A stretch of 64,000 nt of DNA from Camelus dromedarius (Eukaryota). The stretch is taken from positions 37,822,001-37,886,000 of the forward strand of contig NC_087447.1 in assembly GCF_036321535.1 (NCBI RefSeq), given 5' to 3'. The notes below the pieces were generated by a model. The model saw only the letters and a list, made by a program, of their open reading frames with translations, had not been told where the DNA came from and searched no databases. This document shows positions 54,380 through 64,000 of the stretch, piece after piece; within the stretch, counting starts at the first letter, position 1; every line of letters begins with the position of its first letter. The position numbers were made by a program, and so were the translations under genes.

Positions 54380-55118
54380 GTAAGAAGGCTCTCACCTCCT
54401 ACAGCCCCTGGAATCATACAAGTCCCTGTTCTGAGTGGGCTCTTGGTGGGTGGAAGTGGAGGGATGGGTGGTAGTGTACCGCTGTATGAATGTAAATGTG
54501 TATATAAGTTTTTCATAATTTTTTGTGATACAAAGATATGTAGCACACAATTTACAAACAGACATAAGGTATGCAATACTCATTTATGTAAATTTTATAT
54601 AACTCATTGAAACTTAGAGCATGCTCTACTGCTTTTAAACAAAATTTGTCTTTCACATATTTACTAATTTAACCATAATTTGAGAAATAGATGTATTCTA
54701 ACTGCTAATTCGCCAATACATTTGTTATTAAATCTGATATGCAATCTATTCACCTAATTTCTCACCCTCATTCAAATTAAACTGAAACCACTTTCAGATT
54801 TAAACTATCATTAGCATTTATTTTGAATAATGTCTGTATTTAATACCAAGCTTATAAAGTTCCTGAAACTCTATCTATCAGCTTTCATATGACTATATGA
54901 TCCAGTTCCAGCAAACCATTTCTTTGAGGTCACATCATAACCTAACTCCTGGTGAAGCAGCATTTTTGGATGGACACTGGGCTCATGCCCTGTCCATTGA
55001 AAGTTGGGGCAGCCACATCCTCAGGGGTAGTCGAGAAACCAGGAGACCTGGCTGCTTATCCTGAGGAAGAGGTAGACAAGGGCTTAGAGCTCCTTTTGGG
55101 CTTGCTTGCCCTTCCTAG

Positions 55119-55250
55119 GTCAGACTTGGAGAGTGACTTTGATCCTGCTACACTCACCGAGGAGGACATGTGCCTCCTACTGGCTGCCATGGTGAAGGAT
55201 TATGTGCAGATGAAGGTTGGTGAGCTGGAGCAGGAGACAGAGGACTTCAG
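55119..55250 (+). CDS. CALCB: Coding exon 2 (gene exon 3): acidic pro-region (R)[43 protein letters not shown](S)
   Basis: Acceptor cttcctag|G, donor CAG|gtaagt. The DPATL..LLLAA.V.DYVQMK family motif is present, and EQETEDFSIT resembles pig CRSP-2/3. Confidence 0.95.
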
Positions 55251-55591
55251 GTAAGTCTCTGCACTTCTCCCAGAACATTGCTCACCCTCCCCACCAGCTT
55301 ACCAGGAAGGCATATCTTGACAGGTAGGAAAGACCACATCCGGACAGCAGCCAGCAGGCTGTCACTGTGCATCTCGGTCTGTGGCCCAGCTGTTCTACAG
55401 ACTCCACTGAAGACATAAGTCATGTGGAGAGGCTACAGTTGCAGCACATGTAAAAAGATCCCTTTCTGAAAGAAGTGGGGGAAGATGTAGAATAGCTCAC
55501 TTGGAAACTGGCAGTACTGAAGTGACCTCCCAGCATTGGTAGAGTTTAGCTTCATAAGTGTAAAGCCAGGGAATGAACCAAGGTGCTTATT

Positions 55592-55860
55592 CAACCCCTC
55601 CCACTCCTTTCTAGTTCCTTTCTCCCTATAACTTAATGCATGTGGTCTTCTCTGGGTGCTCTTTGGGCTAGTATCAGTGGCTTTCTTTGTGGCAATGGAT
55701 GTCTGGAATATCAGATGGGAGGAGGGAGAGCAGGCCAGAAGAGAATCACCCAGGAAGAGATCAGGAGAGAGAGGACAGCCCTGTGAATGCCTGCAGAGAG
55801 CTTCTCAGTTCCGCCTCTGAATATGCTTTTCATTGGGGGATAAAAGTATATTTCTAAAAA
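55592..55860 (+). pseudogene. Relic of the calcitonin exon (exon 4): 3' UTR only, coding part missing
   Basis: CCTATAACTTAATGCATGTGG...CTCTTTGGGCTAGTATCAGTGGCTTTC...CAGATGGGAGGA...GAAGAGAATCACC matches the recalled calcitonin mRNA 3' UTR. The poly(A) signal position reads GATAAA (55839-55844). No CxNLSTC-coding segment was found in 55251-56491. Confidence 0.8.
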
Positions 55861-56491
55861 CACCTGAGCTTTGTGGTTATTGCTCTGGCCACATCCCACA
55901 CTTCATGAATACAAGGATCTGTCTGGCAAGTAGCTTTAGCCCTTGGTAGCTGGAGTCAGAGCAGGGTGGGTGGTCCCTGAGAGCAACCTCAAGTAGCAAA
56001 AACAGAAGCACCAAGGAGCAAATAAGCACCTCTGACCTGATGCTGCAAACTCACTTTATCTTCCAGGAAGAAAGGAGAATTTTCCTTCCCCAAAGGAATA
56101 CTCAGTACCTACAAATGAGATACATCTTCCAAATAGACCAAATAACGGGGATTGGGTGTGGCACCATAATCTTTCTAGTCACATAAGCCTTGGTCAAGTT
56201 TTAGTTTACTTGTACAGAAAAGATTGGCTGTTACACTTCTGTGTTCCATGGCTTGTCTCCCAGAGCATGTTTAGTTTTTCTGATACCCTTGGAAATGTTT
56301 ATGGGGAGTGACTGTGGCATTTTCCTTAGTGCCTTATGATTTTCTGCTGTGATTTTGTGTTCAGGAGAAATATTTAAGGCTCACTGGTGCCTCTTAGAGC
56401 AATAATTTTCCACTGAAGGTCCCATGGGGCAGGCACCCACCCTCAACTTCTCACTGACAGACCTTTTCTTTTTCTCCTTCCTACAAAACAG

Positions 56492-56651
56492 CATCACTGC
56501 CCAGAAGAGATCCTGCGACACTGCCACCTGTGTGACCCACAAGATAGCAGGCTGGCTGAGCAGATCTGGGAGTGTGGTTAAGAGAAACTTTGTGCCCACC
56601 AATGTGGGCTCCGAAGCCTTTGGCCAGGACAGCAGGGAACTTCAGTTCTGA
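56492..56651 (+). CDS. CALCB: Coding exon 3 (CGRP-type exon): ITAQKR, then 37-aa CGRP/CRSP-like peptide SCDTATCVTHKIAGWLSRSGSVVKRNFVPTNVGSEAF (56511-56621), then GQDSRELQF*
   Basis: Polypyrimidine tract and acag| at 56491, KR cleavage site at 56505-56510, Cys2-Cys7 ring, NFVPTNVGSEAF tail, TGA at 56649-56651. The exon ends at GAAG|gtgact (56676). Confidence 0.96.
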
Positions 56652-57024
56652 GCAGTGAAATGACTCCAGGAAGAAGGTGACTGCCCTAGTACCTTGATGG
56701 CTGGGCAGATGGCTGGGTATTGCAGGGGTGTAGGTCACACCCTAGCCCTCCCTGGGTCTGTATCATAAAAAAACTCACAGGAGAACATGACGACTCTACT
56801 CTCTGGAGAAAGAACAGAGTCCCAATAGCTGAAATCCCTAGAATTAGTATTTCTGTTTTTTCAGTATGTCCCAGTGACACTGAGATCATCTGCCAGAAAA
56901 TATAGATCCTTTTCATTTAAAACACTATTCTTTTGCAGTTATAATGGTAAGTATTCTAGTTTTTAGTTTGAAAGGCAAAGACTCAATCCTTTTTGAGTAT
57001 TCCTCTCAATGTCATGTACATCTG

Positions 57025-57230
57025 GATTCAGAACTTAGACCTGAGTTCAAATACTGTGTCCTCTACTAACTCTATGACCATGTGCCAGACCCTCTCTGAG
57101 CCTCAGCTTCTACATGCAGATTAAAGGCAACAATAGTATCAACCTGTTATCATTAAAATAAAAAGTAATTGAGATAATTCATGGCAAGAGCCTCTCAACT
57201 AATGAGTAATAAAATTCTAGCTGTTATTTT
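57025..57230 (+). mobile_element. MIR SINE in the last intron, abutting the terminal exon acceptor
   Basis: AGACCTGAGTTCAAAT..CTCTACTAAC..TGACC..CTCTCTGAGCCTCAG. Confidence 0.7.
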
Positions 57231-57244
57231 TTTTTTCCTCCTAG

Positions 57245-57410
57245 GTCACCATGAACCTGAACTCTTAATCTGCAGTGAAAGCTACTTACAAAAAATAATA
57301 GCATGGAAGACACACATACATGCATGCCTCTTGATATTGAAAACATTCTTTTCCTTGAAATAAACTGAACCTAAATGCAGAATAAAATTGTTGCAGTTAC
57401 CCAACATGCG
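57245..57410 (+). other. CALCB: Non-coding terminal exon (3' UTR)
   Basis: Acceptor ttttttcctcctag|GTCACC. Resembles the CGRP exon 6 UTR, with similarity continuing to ~57660. Confidence 0.8.
57359..57386 (+). terminator. Polyadenylation signals AATAAA (57359-57364 and 57381-57386)
   Basis: Two canonical hexamers in the terminal exon, followed by T-rich sequence near 57410-57430. Confidence 0.7.
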
Positions 57411-59454
57411 TCTTTTTTATATTTGATTCTGAATCCAATCAATATAATTCATGTCTCATTGGTTTCTCTGGTAGCAAATCTGAGCCCTGTCAGTCAACCT
57501 GTTGATGGTCGCAGCTCTACTAAACCTCAGGGGGACATGAAATCACTGCCTTGTGGGGGTCTGGGGACACACAGTAATGCTGTGCCTCAAGGGAACTCTT
57601 CATGTAAAGAAATGTTCTCATTGTGCACTTCATCCAGGTAAAAAACTGTATTTTCAATACACTTAAAAGGAGTCCCTGCTGCTATTTTTGCTGTTTTTCC
57701 CATGACAATCTCAGGGACCTGTGAACACTTTGTTGACCAGGCTGGCTCAAATGAGGCAAAGACAACATGCTCGGGGTGGGTCCTCAGTATCCTGTACCCT
57801 CAGTGTCTAGGGAAACACCCTTATAGGAATTAGAACCCCCTGCATCTCAAAGAGACATTCACACTTATTTTCAGAGACTGCCCTGGTCCCCAGCCCCAGA
57901 AGTTATCTGTTCACTTCTCTCTGACTCAGGCTTGCCCCTACCAATCCATGCCTTTCCTCCCCAGGATCACCCCTTCATATACCCCATAGCCCACAAAGCC
58001 CTTTAGAACAATGGCTCACAGTATGAAATGGGATCACAGACTGGCAGACCTGGAAAGATCGTTAGATGACATCGAATCCAACTTTACTCTCTGAGGTGCA
58101 GAGAAGAAGAGTGCATTGCTCAGGGTCCTGCAATAAGTTTAGCAGAGAATTCCTATATTTAACAAATAATAACTGAGTATCTGCTGTATGCTTGACACTA
58201 TTTGAGCTGCAGGAATAAAGCAATGAACAGAACAGACGAAACTCCCTGCATTCATGGAGCTTATATTCTAACTGGGGGAGACTGAGGTGATACATGCTAT
58301 GGAATCAGAGACACTCATTACTGGAAGTAATGTGGGATGTCACAGGGTCTAATGGGTCAGTTGATGTAGAAATTTCCCACAATCAACATCCCTGGGCATC
58401 TGCTGCAAGTGCCAGTGACCAGCTTCTGACTATAACTTCCAAGGTGACTGGGCAGCCAGTTTCACCTGTGGACAGTCAGTTAAGTGCAGTTTTTTAATTA
58501 GAAAAATCACCCCCTACTATCTCCTGATTCTAGTTATTTCCTCAGAAGCACATAAAATTCTGACACTCGCTCACATCAGCCCAACCTTAGCAGTGAATGT
58601 AGATCAGACCATGTCCCCCTTAGGTGCAAAGTACTCATTGGATCCCCAACTCAAGGAGTAAACGCCTGGGTCATTGCAATGGCTTACCAGGTCCAAATTC
58701 ATCTTCCTTTCCTCTCCACTCACCACCTGCCCCATTACCTGCCTGGACTCCTATTTCCCTCTCAAACACTGGCCTTCTTACTATTCCTTGATCTGCATCC
58801 GCCAGCACCAACCCCCTCAAGCTTTGCACCTGCTGTTACCTCTCTGCAGAATGCTCTTACCCCATGGCCCCATCTCCTCCAGACCTTTACTCAAATGTCA
58901 CCTACCCTGGATGAACTTTCTGAAATTGTATTCCACTCTGCCTACCTAATTTTCTTCTTCTTTCCTTTATTTTTTCCCTCTTTACCTCTTATTACCTTCT
59001 ATCATAGTATATATTTTTATTCAGTTAATTATTTCTACCTCAACCTATAAATCATGCAAGTTCCAAATAGATAGGAATATGGCTATTTTGTTAATTGCTG
59101 AATCTCCTGCACACAGAACAGTAGACCTGGCACAAGGTAGCAGAGACTTGAAGTGTCTCTGTGGCTGAGTTTTTGTTCTCTTGTGCTCTGCCATCACCTT
59201 GAAAAGACCATGCCTTAGGTATCCTTTGTCCTTTTAGCCTGGGCTCCAAAAAGAGCCCTTTGACCTAAACCTGAACTGCAGTCTGGATCCACATGCAGGC
59301 AACACCACCTGAGATCATCTTCTTCCCTACCTCACTTCCATGAGCAAGAAAAATAAATATTTGTTTTATAAGCTTATGAGATTTTGACCGTTTTTTTATG
59401 TACCACTATTGTGTCAATAGCTAAGTGGTATATATGTTTTTGGAGTGTTATAGA

Positions 59455-59580
59455 GTGTTATAGGTGTCCCCCCAAAATTCATGTATTGAAGCCTAAACCT
59501 CCAATGTCACTGTGTTTGGAGACTGGGTTTTTAGGGAGATAATTAAGGTTAAATGAGGTTGGGAGAGCTGGGTGCTAGTC
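59455..59580 (+). mobile_element. MLT1B-like LTR fragment, with an older MLT1-like LTR at ~59150-59430
   Basis: GTGTCCCCCCAAAATTCATGTATTGAAGCCTAAACC..TAATTAAGGTTAAATGAGGT. Confidence 0.6.
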
Positions 59581-61010
59581 TGAATAATTAGCAGAGCTAA
59601 CAAATGTCTTGCCCGTGTCTATTATAGGGGCCTGAGCCAAGTACTATAAATCTGGGCCTCTTCTCTCCTACTCAGGCCTGCCAGGACAATGATGAGATTA
59701 ATTGTTTCCTTAAAGAGGGGTACTCTAGAGACTTCCTGGAGAGCTTGGCTAAACCATGGATCTAGGAAGGTTGTAGGATGGTTTCTTGCCTTCATAATGA
59801 TAGTTAACAATCTGCCAGGTGCTCTATAAAACCCTTAAGATAGACCACAAAGCTAAGTATGATGTGGCACCTGACTGCTATTCCAGCCTTATTTCTCACC
59901 ATGCTCTCCACCCCCAATCTGAGTTCCAGTTACACTGGTATTCTTTCAATTTGTCAGAATCTGTAAGTTCTTCCTACACAGGTCTTTCCCACATGCTGTT
60001 TCCTTGTTCCAGAGTCCTTGTATCTTCTCTATTCTCAGTTAACTTTATCTTTTAGATCTCAGCTAAGTTTTGCTTCCTCAGAGAAGCCTTTCCAGATGAT
60101 CACTCCATGAGTCTAGGTTACATTGCTTTCTTATCTGATTTCAAAGATTGGATATACCTTTCTTTCAACTCACTATTTCAATTCTAGTTTATACATTTAG
60201 CTTAATTATTTAATTAAAACCTATTTCCCCTTAGATTGAGATTCCCATTCGCACAGGAACTGCATTCATTTTGCTCTCTGTTGTAGCATGTAACATAGTG
60301 TCAGGTATAGTAAGTCTTTGCAGCATTTAGGAAAGAAGCAATTAGAACACATTATGATAAATGCTATCCTTGGAGTAGGTACAGGGGGGCTATGATCTAA
60401 CCTGATCTAGATTTTTAAAAACTCCCCTGGGGATGTGATATCATATCACACCTCTCAAAATGAACAGGATTCTGTCAAGTGAACACAGCAACTGGGGAAG
60501 TAAGAGCTAATAAGAGCCTGAATAAATTGATCAATCATTGGATCCAAGTCAAGTCAATTACTTCCCCTCTGCAAATGAGAACTAATAGTCTTCTATCCAG
60601 AAACAGGAAGTTACTAAAAATCTCATGAAGGATGGCAGGAGATTTAAAACTGGGAGAAAAATGAGCTTGTAAGGTGGCAGTTGTATGCCACATACCATCA
60701 CAGAACCTCGCCAAGAAAGACCAGCTTTGCTAGAGAGCTGTATCCTTGATCACTGATGATTAGGTTTCTGGAGATGGCAGAACATCCAGGAGCCACAGCT
60801 GAGGACTGCAGAGCTGAGAATAGGTGATACCAGGTCAGCCAGGATCACTAAGGCAATTTATCCTTTAGTTTCTTGAAGATTGGGCCCAGAGCATGACTCA
60901 AGAATGCAAAAGGCAACTCCACAGAACCCTAGCAAAACCAGAAAACAGTATCACATACACCTGACTTGGGAAGCTCTCAAGGAATGCTGGGCCTGCTATA
61001 AAGCAGCTGA

Positions 61011-62262
61011 AGTGGTTGCATTTCTATACACTAATAACAAACTATCAGAAAGAGAAATCAAAAAAAAAATCCCATTTGCAATCACATCAAAAAGAATAAA
61101 ATACCTTGGACTAAATTTAAACAGGAAGATCTGCAGACTGAAAACTATAAGACACTGATGAAAGAAATTGAGGAAGACACAAATAAATGGAAAGATATTT
61201 CATGCTCATGGACTAGAAAAATTAATATTGTTAAAATGTCTATACTACCAAAAGCAATCTACAGATTCAATGCAAGCCCTATCAAAATTCAAATGGCACT
61301 TTTCACAGAACTAGAACAAGTAACTCTAAAATTTATATGAAACCACAAAAGACCCCAAATAGGCAAAGCAATCTTGAGAAATAAGAACAAATCCAGAGGT
61401 ATCACACTGCCTGATTTCAAACTAACCTACAAAGCCATAGTAACCAAAACAATATGGTATTGACATAACAGAGGTATAGATCAATGGAACAGAATAGAGA
61501 ACCCAGAGATAAACCCACTCATATATGGTCAACTAATTTATGGCAAAAGGAGGCAAGAATATACAATGGGTAAAGGACAGTCTCTTCAATAAATGATGCT
61601 GGGAAAACTAAATAGCTACGTGCAAAAGAATGAAACTTCAACTGCTGTCTTACACCATATACAAAAACTAACTTGAAATGGATTAAAGACTTAAATTTAA
61701 GACCTGAAACTATAAAATTCCTAGAAAAAAAACACAGGCAGAAAGCTCTTTGACATCGATCTTGGCAATGTTTTTTTGGATCTGATTTCAAAGGCAAGGG
61801 TAACAAATGATAATGTCATATATATAGATATAATGGAATACTAATTAGCCATAAAAATGATGAAATTTTGCCATTTGTGACAATATAGATGGAACTTGAG
61901 GGTATTAGGCCAAGTGAAGTAAGTCAGATAGAGAAAGACAAACACTGTATGATTTCACTCATGTGTGGATTATAAAAAACAAACAAACAAAAAACAACAT
62001 AAATGACAAACCAAAGAAAAACAAACATGTAGATACAGAGAACAGAACAGTGGTTACCAAAGGGGGAGAGGGCATGGGGAGGGTTAGGCAAAGTGGGTAA
62101 AAGGATCAACTGTATGACGATGGATGGAAATTAAATTTTTAGTGGTAAGCATGCTGTACAGTACACAAAAGTAGAAAATTAATGTTGTACACATGACACA
62201 TATAATATTACAAACAAATGTTACCTCAATTAAAAAGTAAATCAAAAATTAAAATAAATAAA
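61011..62262 (+). mobile_element. L1 ORF2 fragment plus 3' UTR with an internal deletion near 61810
   Basis: [26 protein letters not shown] and [40 protein letters not shown]. Confidence 0.9.
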
Positions 62263-62599
62263 TAACACCAAAACACTTCATTAACTTCTTTCTACTTCCA
62301 AAGCTATTTCTACACTCATTCATATCTTTTATTTTCTCAGAATGCAAGGTGACCTTCCCATCCATCACTTATTCTCCAGTTCTGTTCACCTCACACTTCA
62401 TTCATGATTTTTTGCCATTAGGTATCTTTCATTGGCTCCTTCCTCAAACCCTGCGAAATACCTAAGTCATCCTCCACCACAACCAAAACACATACACACA
62501 CACATAACCTTCCTCAACACTACCCTCCTCCCTCCACAGAAGACAATCCCATAGTTTGCTCCTCATAATGCTACCTAATGCAAGTGAAAAACCAGCTAG

Positions 62600-62870
62600 T
62601 CAAAACATCAAAAGATTACTATTAATTAAAGAAAAACAGACATCTCAAGTTAACGAATTTAGCAGTTTCCTATGTTTGGGAAGATACAAGGGTCTGGGCT
62701 CACTGAAATTATTCCTTTGATAAGTACCTTAACTATCTAGAGCCAGTATCCTGCTTTTCTCCATCCTGAATCCACTCAAGGTGCACAGTCAGGGCAACTG
62801 CACTGGCTGATGGCTTGATGGCCCAACATCTTTTGTTTACTAATATGGCAGGTGACATTCTCCATCCACA
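62600..62870 (-). mobile_element. ERV1 LTR fragment, MER41-like (artiodactyl type)
   Basis: CTCAAGTTAACGAATTTAGC...GGGAAGAT.CAAG.GTCTGGGCTCACTGAAAT...CCAGTATCCTG...TGTTTACT.ATATGGCAG...TCCACA. Confidence 0.6.
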
Positions 62871-64000
62871 ATTAAAAGAATCTGTGATGCACACTCTGAA
62901 TCTCTTGAAAGTCTTAGTGTGGCTGAATATGCTGACTTTTGATCTTTATGACATTTTAGCAAAATGCATAGTAATGGCCTCAGCCTTTTCTCTAGAGCAT
63001 AATTTCCCAAGAGTGAATCTCTCAATATTAGCATCTTTTGCCATCTGGAGAGGCTGATTTTTCAAAATTAATAGGTCTTGTTTCCATTTTGTTCTTCCCT
63101 CAAGCTATCGATCTCCTCTCCCACGTTTTACAAATGACAGAAAGAAATGGCACTTCTACACTTGAACTGCAAATCTCCCTACCTATAAAATCTAAGTTCA
63201 TCACTTACAATTTCTTCTTCTCACATAACTGCTGGAGATAATTTTGCTAAGTCTCTCTGTCATTATATAACAAGGATTTTCCTTCTCCAGTTTCCAGTAA
63301 CATGTCCCTCACTTCTGCGTCCTGAAAGTCCAGATTTCTACCAGAGTCTGCTCAAGGAAATTTGTACTCTTTCATGCGTGCTTCCAAAACTCTTCCAGCC
63401 ATTGCCTATTCTCTGGTTTCATTATTGCTCTCACATTCTTAGGTATTTCTTACAGCACGATCCCAGTTCCAGGTACTAAAATGTGAGCTAGTTATCAATT
63501 GCTGCATAACATATTAGCACAAACTTATTAAAGTACACACATACCCACAACCATTGTCTTAGTTCCAGCCTTTATTCATTTCATGCCTGGATTATTGCAA
63601 TAAATTCCTCCTGCCTTCTTGCCATGGTCTGGCTTTCTTCCATTCATTCTACCCTCTTTACTTCAGTAAAATAGATATGATCTTGTGGCTCCTCTGTTCA
63701 AAGAACTTCTGGAATCCCTGTTTTCTACTGTCTTTTTCATAGGATAAAAGGTTTCTTAAAATATGATCCCAGACTATATTTTCAACTTCATCCCTTTTTC
63801 TGATACAACTACTAATTACCATTCTCCAAATACACTGCCCCTATGTGTTTGTGTTATCTCCTCTGTCTGGACTGCCCATCCACCTGTCCTCTCCCCTAAT
63901 GTGTGCAGCAAAGTTTTCTCTGTCCTTCCTTTCCAAGTGCATATGATACCCCTTATGTGACCCCCTCACCCTTTCACTCAGCTAGGAAGAGCTGTCCTTT

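Larger units (their letters stand above)
53118..57410 (+). other. CALCB: Calcitonin/CGRP-family gene, CRSP-2/3-like (CALCB-type). Five exons: ~53118-53235, 54285-54379, 55119-55250, 56492-56676, 57245-~57410
   Basis: All introns are GT-AG and phases are consistent (86+132+160 = 378 coding nt, 125 aa plus stop). The exon layout matches CALCA/CALCB without a calcitonin coding exon. The symbol is tentative (CALCB vs CRSP2/CRSP3). TSS and 3' end are approximate. Confidence 0.9.

Noticed and set aside
54263..54610. 115-aa ORF over exon 2
   Set aside because: It is in a different frame from the signal peptide and runs through the donor into the intron.
54952..55254. 100-aa ORF as a standalone protein
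   Set aside because: Only 55119-55250 is exonic. The rest is open intron sequence upstream of a clear acceptor.
56424..56491. Upstream ATG giving a 75-aa single-exon isoform (MGQAPTLNFSLTDLFFFSFLQN...)
   Set aside because: The hydrophobic stretch is just the translated polypyrimidine tract, and there is no promoter evidence.

Overview
Mammalian genomic DNA, most likely camelid, judged from two tRNA-derived Vic-1-type SINEs. About 50 kb of repeat-dense, gene-free sequence (L1, L2, MIR, MaLR LTRs, hAT-Charlie elements, an ERVL reverse transcriptase relic and an unidentified retrocopy) precedes one complete + strand calcitonin-family gene at about 53.1-57.4 kb. The gene encodes a 125-aa prepropeptide resembling CRSP-2/3 (CALCB-type): [125 protein letters not shown]. 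The promoter, splice sites and reading frame are intact, but the processing signals differ from the family norm. The Gly-Arg-Arg-Arg-Arg amidation/cleavage signal reads Gly-Gln-Asp-Ser-Arg, and a new internal Lys-Arg site lies at mature residues 24-25. The calcitonin branch of the CT/CGRP splicing switch appears dismantled: the coding part is deleted, the poly(A) signal is mutated and the intronic enhancer 5' splice site is lost. All family assignments and comparisons to human or pig sequences are from recall and were not checked by database search.
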